Source: Macrostomum lignano
Lineage: Eukaryota
NCBI GenBank assembly: GCA_002269645.1
Contig: NIVC01000434.1
Location: 434,001-498,000, forward strand
Reading direction: 5' to 3'
Length of the DNA: 64,000 nucleotides
A model generated the notes under the pieces. The model was not told the origin of the DNA. It saw nothing but the letters and a program-made list of their open reading frames with translations, and searched no databases. This document shows, one piece after another, positions 13,385-24,800 of this stretch. Numbering within the stretch: the first letter of the stretch is position 1; each line of letters begins with the position of its first letter. The position numbers and the translations under genes are program-made.

Positions 13385-13570
13385 TATAGCGATGCTTGCC
13401 TTCCAAAAACATATATAAACGGTAAATTCTAGTAGTCCTTGAGCTGAACTAAATCTACACCGGAGTCTTTATAACAACTCTTGTGTATACCGAAGTGTAC
13501 GTACTTAATGTTAGCTGCATTTAACTACATGGCAACATTAGTATCAAAATATTTCCAGAAATTTTCTGAT
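13385..13570. repeat. Dispersed repeat, homologous to 17135-17302
   Basis: Shared blocks tagcgatgcttgcc, ttctagt.gtccttga.ctgaacta.atctacac and aaaatatttccagaaattttct. Confidence 0.7.
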
Positions 13571-14099
13571 TGACTCATGGAAACAATTACGAGTACATAT
13601 AATTTGAAAAATTCATTTCCGCCGTTGCTTAATTAGTCGCCATGCATTCTGGTATAATGTTTTTTATGGGTTTTTATATTTTAAGGGTTGGAATTTCAAT
13701 AATTCTTGTCAACACGAGGTTTTGCGTTGAATGTTTAAAAAAAACTTTTTAAGTGTAAGATTATCCTGACTTGTCCTGAAAGCTAAACATAGCAAATCGA
13801 CCAACAGTATAATGACTAAATGTCGATTACAAATAAAAATCGTCTTTGATGCAATTGGGGGAATGATTAGGACAAAGGAAGAAGTATAATTATATCAAAA
13901 ACATCTTTAAGGTTTTACAGTAAAGCAAAGTAAAAGTCAAAGGTCGAATTACTTTAAGCCAATAAAACCAAGGCTTTTAACATGCAACCGCAGTGTCAAT
14001 GGTTCTTTGAAATCTAAAGGTTCACATCTTGCCGCAATACTGATGACACCATGGAGACGGTTAAAATCCCAGAATTTATCAACACTGTCAACACAACAA

Positions 14100-14417
14100 T
14101 TAAGAGTCGAGGCATTGCCGCTCCAACAGAATCGCCATTTGAACCATTTCGCAGCCTTCTGTATCCGATGTCAGCTCAGCCATACGTTGTTCAAGCTGCT
14201 GTCCGCTTCGAGCGACCGCTGACCGGGTGCCGGTGCCCTGCTCCACGTTCTGTTCCGTAAAAATCTGGTATACTTTTTCAAGGGGGAATTCGGCCTTGTT
14301 CTTCTTCTCGGCTAGTTTAGCTCGAAGGTTCTCAAGTTGCTGATAGTCTGAAAGTTGCTGATCTGAATCCGAGAAGGCAAAAAACCGCTCTGTGTCGGCA
14401 AGGAGAGCGTCGTAAGC
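14100..14417 (-). CDS. NEK11: Ankyrin-NEK11-like kinase, exon 6 (terminal; C-terminal helical domain)
   Basis: Acceptor ttcAG at 14419-14418 in phase 0. LENLRAKL..LEKVYQIF...GCEMVQMAILLERQ resembles the NEK11 C-terminus. Stop TAA at 14100-14102. Confidence 0.78.
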   Translation of the reverse strand, partial: AYDALLADTERFFAFSDSDQQLSDYQQLENLRAKLAEKKNKAEFPLEKVYQIFTEQNVEQGTGTRSAVARSGQQLEQRMAELTSDTEGCEMVQMAILLERQCLDS

Positions 14418-14846
14418 CTGAAGCCAGATAGAAATTAGGACGATTTGTCTGACACAAAATAACTTAAAGATTATTACGGTTACAATATACATGTATAAAG
14501 ACGGCATTTAAAACAATGGAATAAGACTTAATGCGGTCTTCGCTTTGTAGCATTTTCTAACAGTAAAATGTACTTAAATGTAGTTGACCGTTAAGAGACA
14601 GCATTGGATAAGCTAGTTAGAAGATTGCAAATATTGCAAATTGCAAATCTTGCACACCTCATTATACGCCAATTAGACATCTGTAAAAATTTGGTCATGT
14701 ACAAGGTTTATAGTTAAGGTGACTGACCAATCAAAGTGACTAAAGCTCACAGCCAAGGACTTTAATAAAGTACATAATTTACTTTATTCGTCTATATATG
14801 TTAACAATCCCTTTCACAGCCCTAGAAATCCAAACAAAAACCTTAC

Positions 14847-15244
14847 CAGTGAATAATCGAAGCCACGATTCGGCGAGTATTTTGCCGCATCATTATCATC
14901 CCCAGCCTCCAGCACTCCGGCCAAATTGTCGGCCAGGAATTGCCGATCTTCAGCCAGCTGATCCGGCTGCATTTTCCTCAGGCTGTTGGCCACTTCGTCT
15001 TCAAGCAGCAAGCCGGCAGCAGTCGGCCGCTCTGAAGGCGGCGAGTGACGGAGCATTCGCGGCAGCGCAGCTTGAAGCCAAGCCGGCAGCAGTTGGGGCA
15101 GCTCATCGAATCGGCGCTCAGCTTCGCTGCAAATTTGAGCACGAAGAGCTGGTCGAGGTAGGTCAGGGTCGAACAGCGGCTGGCAGGTGCACAGCTCGTA
15201 GAAGGTGCAACCAAGACTCCACATGTCGTTGGCTGTGCTTTTAA
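14847..15244 (-). CDS. NEK11: Ankyrin-NEK11-like kinase, exon 5 (subdomains IX-XI)
   Basis: Acceptor ccccAG at 15246-15245 (phase 1). Contains DMWSLGCTFYELC and ERPTAAGLL. Donor GTAAGG at 14846 (phase 0). Confidence 0.88.
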
Positions 15245-15809
15245 CTGGGGTAACAATTTCGAGTAGGTAAAATACATGTATGATCGCATTTTATGAGATT
15301 GCGCCTAAAGTCACTCCATCTCTTTTTGCACCTTTCTTCTGGCCCCTGCACGCATTACTTGGCTTATACATTTAGCTACATGCATTCTGATTATATATTA
15401 GCGGCTGCCTATCTAACTGTAAGAATTATTTATTAGGTTCGTATCCCAGTGGCGTACATAGGATTTTGAAAAGGATGGGATAACTTTTAGGGACAAAATG
15501 GTAGACTAATAAAAAAGTTTTTTTGCAATTTTTGCTTAAAGTACGAGCGTATGCATTTAGAAAGTACCAAAACCATGTTTATTTGGCTAAAAAACTTTAC
15601 TTTGTTAAAATCAGAAAAAAGCCGGCAGACGTCTGTCCTGTCTGCGGCATTTTAGGAACTAGGATTCACGGAAATATGGTAAAGTGGCTCGCTTAATGAA
15701 AAGTAGATAAATAAAGGTCAAAGAATTTTTGAAGAAAATCGGTCAAGCCTTTTGGGAGATCATCGATTGCGTACAAGCAAGATTTTCATTTTCAGTATAT
15801 GGATTAGAG

Positions 15810-16367
15810 CATGGATGAATGAATAGAATGGATTGCTATTCTGGCTCTGGCTATTTTCGTTTTTGACTCTTTTGCATCCGGTTCCCCCCGCGCCCTCCCA
15901 TTGGTTGATGATTGCCATAGACAATTTTCGGCCTTCGCCCCCCTCTTTCGATGCACAAGCGCAAAGAACTGAGAATGTCAGTTACTTGCAGAGAATATCG
16001 AGCGCTCGATATTCTCTGCTGGTTACTTGTTTGTCAATTGAAGTTGTTAATTGAAGCAGAGGAATGATAACAAATCCAAAGGTAGTGATAAAAGTAAAAT
16101 AAGCAGTGAGTAAACAACAACAACAAGCGCAAAGAACTGATTTTATTGTAGACGAATCGACTCTCGAATCGTGCTTGTAGGTCTTCCCCCTTTATTTCAA
16201 AACACGAGCGAAAGCGCTTGTGCATCGAAAGAAAGGGGCGAAGGCCGAAAATTGTCTATGGCAATCATCAACCAATGAAAAGGCACGGGGGGGAACCGGA
16301 TGCAAAAGAGTCAAAAACGAAAATAGCCAGAGCCAGAATAGCAATCCATTCTATTCATTCATCCATG
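15810..16367. mobile_element. Long-TIR MITE, copy B (same family as 12702-13074)
   Basis: Same ~155-bp TIRs with a different, longer core. Perfect 8-bp TSD GATTAGAG at 15802-15809 and 16368-16375. Confidence 0.85.
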
Positions 16368-16372
16368 GATTA

Positions 16373-16512
16373 GAGTTGCCGATGCATTTCGTCCAATATT
16401 GGACATCTTCAGGGTCGAAATTTATTTAAAAATTAAAAAAAATAAATAATTCGGTTCAAATAAATTTCGACCCTGAAGATGTCCAATATTGGACGAAATG
16501 CATCGGCAACTC
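16373..16512. repeat. Perfect 55-bp-arm palindrome with 30-nt AT spacer
   Basis: gagttgccgatgcatttcgtccaatattggacatcttcagggtcgaaatttattt followed by its exact reverse complement. Confidence 0.88.
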
Positions 16513-17134
16513 AAATAAATAACTAATACTTAATGTTGATATTGACCTTTATTTATCACGGAAAAATCGTTAAAAACATTTTAATACGAGCGTATTAATT
16601 TATGGGTGAAATAGGCAATTTTTTGGCAATTTTGCTAAGTCTAAGCCGCTTTATTTTGCATTTTTTTCAAAAAAACCTAATGCTCGTTTCCTATAAATCA
16701 TCTATCTAAATTGGGGGATACATATAGCTCCGTATGCCCCCCCCCTATTTACGCCACTGGGTTCTCTACATGTACAGTACATTTCACATTGGCTTTATTT
16801 AATTATTTATATCACTCATCTATTTTAATATCCAACTCTCTATTAATCTATTTTCTACGATCTCCATACCAACCCTGTGATTTTTTGGTTCATAAAATCT
16901 ATAGTTCTTGTCTAGAGAAATTCATGTAACCGAGATCGAATTCGGATGCAGCGGTAGCGAGCGCGGTGTCTTACGCATAGCAAAACAGCTAGCGTTTTCA
17001 ACAGCGCGTCAACAGCAAAATTGAGCTCATATGGTAATTGAAAAATGACCATTAGAAGTTACCGTTGTATCAGGACGTAACTCGTAAATTGTGCAAAATT
17101 ATTTGATCGAGGGCTCGCTTGTTCTTTACATGTA

Positions 17135-17302
17135 TTTAGCGATGCTTGCCCTCGAAAAAGCATACAACTGTAACTTCTAGTGGTCCTTGAACTGAACTAC
17201 ATCTACACTGCAGTCTTCAACGTACGCTTTATACGTGCATAATATAGGGCTGCATTTCGCTACTGGGATCATTAATAGGAAAATATTTCCAGAAATTTTC
17301 TT
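17135..17302. repeat. Dispersed repeat, homologous to 13385-13570
   Basis: See 13385-13570. Confidence 0.7.
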
Positions 17303-17509
17303 TACGAGCTGCGCTTAAAGCGTGAAGACTTTTCATTTGTAACTCTTATCTCCCGTTCGACACTTCGACGTCCGTCGACGTAGTTTTGACGTTTCCGACG
17401 TTTTCGGAAATTAGCTTTTTATATTACGCAGGCGCACAATGACGTTACGTAGGACAGTTTGTTTTCTCAAAACAGATTATAGCTATGATGCGAATAAAAA
17501 ATAACGTAC

Positions 17510-17842
17510 CATTATTTTGAATCATCTCCGGGCTCATATAGATCCACGTGCCACTGATGGCACTGGCCATGGCCTCTTCGGCATCGCCCAGGTCCAGTGA
17601 GCAGCCAAAATCGCCTATTCGGACGGTCGCATCGGACTGTACAAACACGTTCGATGGTTTGAAATCGCCGTGCACGATCTGACGCTCATGAAGGTAGCTC
17701 AGCCCCAGTAGCATCTGGAGGCACCAATGCGTCACTAGCCTGAACGGCAGAGCAATGTCTGTGTTGTTGGCCCACTGGATCCAAGTGTGCATATCGCGCA
17801 ATTCGCAGTATTCTGTCACTAGGCAGAGCTTGTCGTCCGTAT
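17510..17842 (-). CDS. NEK11: Ankyrin-NEK11-like kinase, exon 4 (subdomains V-VIII)
   Basis: Acceptor attcAG at 17844-17843 (phase 1). Contains LCLVTEYCELRD, HGDFKPSN, DFG and GTWIYMSPE. Donor GTACGT at 17509 (phase 1). Confidence 0.9.
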
Positions 17843-18711
17843 CTGAATGTTGCAGTTGTTGGTAACAGTGGTTGCATTTTGTTACATATTAGGTAAGCAG
17901 TGACATTAAACTTCAAAATACATGTAGGTGTTGAAGCTGATGAACCCAGGCAAACAAAATACTTTCAAGTAAGTTAGATTGGTGTTGTGTATTCTGAAAC
18001 TTACTACACTCTAATCTCTATAAATGCCCCCAATTATAAGTAAGACCATATGGCATGGCTCTTTAGGCAACACTGAATTCAACCAATGTCTACAATATAT
18101 GCATGCTTCTTAACAAATTGCCTCCAATTATATCAGCTCCGCAAGCGGCTGAGCATAACACATCCATGCAGTGTCTTTTAAAGATACAACAAATGTACCT
18201 TTTCGTCATGTATGCAATAGTTCGCTGCTCATGTCATTCTGAATCCTATATACTAAAAATGAGTTGTCTGTATATGGGTATGCGATTGATTTCAGAAAAA
18301 TTGGCTCAACCGATTTTCTTTAAACTTGCACCATTCGATCAGAAATTTTCCTGGGACGGTACATGCATCTTGGCTAAAAAATTGCTCAATATTAAAAGGA
18401 ATAAATATTCGAAAAACATGCTTTTTTGCAAAGGTCAAGCAACTCTTTCGACCTGAAATTCATTGTAAGAATGCTAGATAAAAACCTGACTGACTGAATT
18501 TCAATTCTGATAAAGATTGCATCACAACAAGTTGAAAACAGTGCCGAAGAAATGCACATACAACTTGATTGAAATTGCGTAACAATATTGCTAACTTAAA
18601 TTGACACTGATACTGGCTGACTGAGAAATTGATTATGTCATAACTTTTTACTCTAACCGACTTGCTGTAAGAATTGAATTATAAGGGCCACAATTCATGT
18701 TCTCCAATTGA

Positions 18712-18795
18712 CAAGAGATAGCATAGCTGCGAACAGACTGGACTGCTAATGCAGCGACCTGGGTTCGAATCTTAGTAGTGCAAAAATATTTTTTT
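18712..18795 (+). ncRNA. tRNA-Ser(GCT)-like Pol III module in Helitron A (pseudo-tRNA / SINE head)
   Basis: A-box-like TAGCATAGCTG (18719), anticodon loop CT-GCT-AA (18743-18749), B-box GGTTCGAATC (18762-18771), T7 run (18789-18795). No acceptor stem and no long variable arm. Confidence 0.6.
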
Positions 18796-18834
18796 ATTAA
18801 AACACCTTAAAAACACAAAATGCTAAACACAAAA

Positions 18835-21800
18835 AGCACAATGTCAAACATTAAAAAGCCACCATGTCGAACATATACCTGACTCCATGTCTAACATTAA
18901 AGAGCCACCATGTTTAACATTAAAGAGCCACCATGTTGAACATTAAAGAGCCACCATGTCTAACATTATAGAGCCACCATGTCGAACATTGAAGAGCCAC
19001 CATGTCTAACATTAAAGAGCCACCATGTCGAACATTAAAGAGCCACCATGTCCAACATATATGTGACTCCATCTCAAACATTAAAGAGCCATCATGTCAA
19101 ACGTAAAAGAGCCACCATGTCAAACATAAAAAGACCACCATGTCAAACATTAAAGAGCCACCATGTCAAGCATAAAAGAGCCACCATGTCGAACATTAAA
19201 GAGCCAGCCATGTCTATCATTAAAGAGCCACCATGTCGAACATTAAAGAGCCATCATGTCTAACATTAAAGAGCCACCATGTCCAACATATATGTGACTT
19301 TATGTCAAACATTAAAGAGCCATCATATCAAACATAAAAGAGCCACCATGTCAAATATTAAAGAGCCACCATGTCGAACATTAAAGAGCCACCATGTCAA
19401 ACATTAAAAAGCCGCCATGTCGAACATTAAAGAGCCACCACGTCAAACATTAAAGAGCCACCATGTCAATATTAAAGAGCCACCATTTCAAACATTAAAG
19501 AGCCATCATTACATTAAAGTTCCACTAAGCCAAACATTAAAGAGCCACCATGTCTAACATTAACGAGTCCCCATGTCAAGTATATTCGTGACTCCATGTC
19601 AAACATAAAAGAGCCACCATGAAGAACGTTAAAGAGCCACCATGTCGAACATTAAAAAGCCACCACGTCAAACATTAAAGAGCCACCATGTAAACATAAA
19701 AGAGCCACCATGTCAAACATAAAAGAGCCACCACGTCAAACATTAAAAAGCCACCATGTCAAACATTAAAGAGCCACCATGTCAAGCATAAAAGAGCCAC
19801 CATGTCGAACATAAATGAACCACCATGTCGAACATAAAAGAGCCATAATGTAGAACATTAAAGAGCCACAATGTCTAACATTAAAGAGCCACCATGTCGA
19901 ACATTAAATAGCCACCATTTCAAATCTAAAAGAACCATCTTATAGAACATTAAAGAGCCACCATGTCGAACATAGAAGAGCCACCATGTAAAACATAAAA
20001 GAGCCACCATGAAGAACATTAAAGAGCCACCATGTCGAACATTAAATAGCCACCATTTCAAATCTAAAAGAGCCACAATGTCAAACATTAAAGAGCCACC
20101 ATGTCGAACATTAAAGAGCCTCCATGTCGAACATTAAAGAGCCACCATGTCGAACATTAAAGAGTCACTATGTCAAACAGTAAAGAGCCACCATGTCGAA
20201 AATAAAGGAGTCACCATGTCAAACAATAAAGAGTCACCATGTCAAACAATAAAGAGCCACGATGTCAAACATAGAAGAGCCACCATGTCAAACATTAAAA
20301 AGCCACCATGTCAAACATTAAAGAGCCACCATGTCAAACATTAAAGAGCCACCATGTCAAACATTAAAGAGACACCATGTCGAACATTAAAGAGCCACTA
20401 TGTCAAACATTAAAGAGCCACAATGTCAAACATTAAAGAGCCACCATGTCGAACATTAAAGAGCCACCATGTCGAACATTAAAGAGCCACCATGTCAAAC
20501 ATTAAAAAGCCACCATGTCGAACATTAAAGAGTCACTATGTCGAACAGTAAAGAGCCACCATGTCAAACATTAAAGAGACACCATGTCCGACAATAAAAA
20601 ACCCCGAATCAAACATAAAAGAGCCACGATGTTAACATAAAAGAGCCACCATGTCCGACATAAAAGAACCACCATGTCGAACATTAAAGAGCCACCATGT
20701 CAAACATAAAAGAGCCACCATGTCGAACATTAAAGAGCCACCATGTCAAACATTAAAGAGCCACCATGTCGAACATTAAAGAGACACCATGTCAGACAAT
20801 AAAAGAACCACCATGTCGAACATTAAAGAGCCACCATGTCGAACATTAAAAAGCCACCATGTCAAACATTAAAAAGCCACCACGTCAAACATGTTAGATC
20901 CACCATGTCGAACATAAAAGAGCCACCATGTCAAACATAAAAGAGCCACCATGTTTAACATGAAAGAGCCACCATGTCAAACATAAAAGAGCCACCATGT
21001 CAAACATTAAAGAGCCCCCATGTCAAACATTAAAGAGCCACCATGTCTAACATTAAAGAGCCACCATGTCGAACATTAAAGAGCCACCATGTCCAACATA
21101 TATGTGACTCCATCTCAAACATTAAAGAGCCATCATGTCAAACGTAAAAGTGCCACCATGTCAAACATAAAAAGACCACCATGTCAAACATTAAAGAGCC
21201 ACCATGTCAAGCATAAAAGAGCCACCATGTCGAACATTAAAGAGCCAGCCATGTCTAACATTAAAGAGCCACCATGTCGAACATTAAAGAGCCACCATGT
21301 CTAACATTAAAGAGCCACCATGTCCAACATATATGTGACTTTATGTCAAACATTAAAGAGCCATCATATCAAACATAAAAGAGCCACCATGTCTAACATT
21401 AAAGAGCCACCATGTCGAACATTAAAGAGCCACCATGTCAAACATTAAAAAGCCGCCATGTCGAACATTAAAGAGCCACCACGTCAAACATTAAAGAGCC
21501 ACCATGTCAAATATTAAAGAGCCACCATTTCAAACATTAAAGAGCCATCATTACATTAAAGTTCCACCAAGCCAAACATTAAAGAGCCACCATGTCTAAC
21601 ATTAACGAGTCCCCATGTCAAGTATATTCGTGACTCCATGTCAAACATAAAAGAGCCACCATGAAGAACGTTAAAGAGCCACCATGTCGAACATTAAAAA
21701 GCCACCACGTCAAACATTTAAGAGCCACCATGTAAACATAAAAGAGCCACCATGTCAAACATAAAAGAGCCACCACGTCAAACATTAAAGAGCCACCATG

Positions 21801-24800
21801 TCAAGCATAAAAGAGCCACCATGTCGAACAAAAATAAACCACCATGTCGAACATAAAAGAGCCATAATGTAGAACATTAAAGAGCCACAATGTCTAACAT
21901 TAAAGAGCCACCATGTCGAACATTAAATAGCCACCATTTTAAATCTGAAAGAACCATCTTATAGAACATTAAAGAGCCACCATGTCGAACATATAAGAGA
22001 CTTTATTTCAAACATAAAAGAGCCACCATGTTGAACATTATAGAGCTACCATGTCAAACATTAAAGAGCCACCATATCAAACATTAAAGAGCCACCATGT
22101 AAAACATAAAAGAGCCACCATGAAGAACATTAAAGAGCCACCATGTCGAACATTAAATGGCCACCATTTCAAATCTAAAAGAGCCAAAATGTCAAACAAT
22201 AAAGAGCCACCACGTCGAACATTAAAGAGCTACCATGTCGAACATTAAAAAACCACCATGTAAAACATAAAAGAGCCACCATGTCATACATTAAAGAGCC
22301 ATCGTGTCGAACATTATGGAGCCACCATGTCGAACATTAAAGAGCCACCATGTCAAATATTAAAGAGCCACCATGTCAAACATTCGAGCCACCATGTCGA
22401 ACATTAAAGAGCCACAACGTCAAAAATTAAAGAGCCATCGTGTCGAACATTAAGGAGCCAGCATGTCGAACATTAAAGAGCCACCATGTCAAAGATTAAA
22501 GAGCCACCATTTCAAACATAAAAGAGCCACTATGTAAAACATATATGACTCTATATCAAACATATACGTGACTTCATGTCGAACATTATAGAGCCACCAT
22601 GTCAAACATATAAGAGACTTTATTTCAAACATAAAAGAGCCACCATGTTGAACATTATAGAGCTACCATGTCAAACATTAAAGAGCCACCATATCAAACA
22701 TTAAAGAGCCACCATGTCGAACATAGAAGAGCCACCATGTAAAACATAAAAGAGCCACCATGAAGAACATTAAAGAGCCACCATGTCGAACATTAAATAG
22801 CCACCATTTCAAATCTAAAAGAGCCAAAATGTCAAACAATAAAGAGCCACCACGTCGAACATTAAAGAGCCACCATGTCGAACATTAAAGAGCCACCATG
22901 TCAAACATTAAAAAGCCACCATGTCGAACATTAAAGAGTCACTATGTCAAACAGTAAAGAGCCACCATGTCGAAAATAAAAGAATCACCATGTCAAACAA
23001 TAAAGAGCCACGATGTCAAACATAGAAGAGCCACCATGTCAAACATTAAAAAGCCACCATGTCAAACATTAAAGAGCCACCATGTCAAGCATTAAAGAGA
23101 CACCATGTCAAACATTAAAGAGACACCATGTCGAACATTAAAGAGCCACTATGTCAAACATTAAAGAGCCACAATGTCAAACATTAAAGAGCCACCATGT
23201 CGAACATTAAAGAGCCACCATGTCGAACATTAAAGAGCCACCATGTCAAACATTAAAAAGCCACCATGTCGAACATTAAAGAGTCACTATGTCGATCAGT
23301 AAAGAGCCACCATGTCAAACATTAAAGAGACACCATGTCCGACAATAAAAAACCCCGAATCAAACATAAAAGAGCCACGATGTTAACATAAAAGAGCCAC
23401 CATGTCAAACATAAAAGAGCCACCATGTCGAACATTAAAGAGCCACAATGTAGAACATTAACGAGCCACCATGTCGAACATTAAAGAGGCACCATGTCAG
23501 ACAATAAAAGAACCACCATGTCAAACATTAAAGAGCCACCATGTCGAACATTAAAAAGCCACCATGTCAAACATTAAAAAGCCACCATGCCAAACATGTT
23601 AGATCCACCATGTCAAACATAAAAGAGCCACCATGTCAAACATAAAAGAGCCACCATGTCAAACATTAAAGAGCCACCATGTCAAACATTAAAGAGCCAC
23701 CATGTCAAACATTAAAGAGCCACCATGTCAAACATTAAAGAGCCACCATGTCAAACATTAAAGGGACACCATGTCGGACATTAAAAAACCCCGAATCAAA
23801 CATAAAAAGCCACCATGTCCAACATAAAAGAACCACCATGTCGAAAATTAAAGAGCCACCATGTCGAACATTAAAGAGCCCCCATGTCAAACATTAAAGA
23901 GCCACCATGTCGAACATTAAAGAGCCACCATGTCAAACACTAAAGAGCCACCATGTCAAACATTAAAGAGACCATGTCAGACATTAAAAAAAACCCGAAT
24001 CAAACATAAAAGAGCCACCATGTAGAACACAAAAGAGCCACCATGTCAAACATTAAAGAGCCACCATGTCAAACATAAAAGATACAAAATTTCAAACGTA
24101 TAAGTAAGCGTCATGCCAATTTTAAAGGAGCCACTATAGAGCTAAGGAAATTGTTGAACTATAGCTACTTATTGTCTGGTGGATGCTTACTATTTGGGGA
24201 TGCTTGCTATCTGGGGGATGCTTGCTATCTGGGAGGGGGGATGCTTCCTATCTGGGGGATGCTTGCTTTTTGGGGGATGCTTGCTATCTGGGGGATGCTT
24301 GCTATCTGGGGGAATATTAAAGAGCCACTATGTCGAACATTAAAGAGCCACCATGTCAAACATAGAAGAGCCACCATGCCAAACATAAAAGAGCCACCAT
24401 GTCAAACATGTTAGAGCCACCATGTCAAACATGTTAGAGCCACCATGTCAAACATTAAAGGGACACCATGTCGGACATTAAAAAACCCCGAATCAAACAT
24501 AAAAAGCCACCATGTCCAACATAAAAGAACCACCATGTCGAAAATTAAAGAGCCACCATGTCGAACATTAAAGAGCCACCATGTCAAACATTAAAGAGCC
24601 ACCATGTCGAACATTAAAGAGCCACCATGTCAAACACTAAAGAGCCACCATGTCAAACATTAAAGAGACACCATGTCAGACATTAAAAAAACCCCGAATC
24701 AAACATAAAAGAGCCACCATGTAGAACACAAAAGAGCCACCAGGTCAAACATTAAAGAGCCACCATGTCAAACATAAAAGATACAAAATTTCAAACGTAT

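Larger units (their letters stand above)
15447..16759. mobile_element. 1.3-kb MITE-like element hosting nested insertions
   Basis: TIR CAGTGGCGTACATAGG / CCTATTTACGCCACTG. No clean TSD found. Confidence 0.6.

Noticed and set aside
18712-18795. Functional tRNA-Ser gene
   Set aside because: No acceptor stem pairing and no long variable arm. Retained only as a tRNA-derived module.
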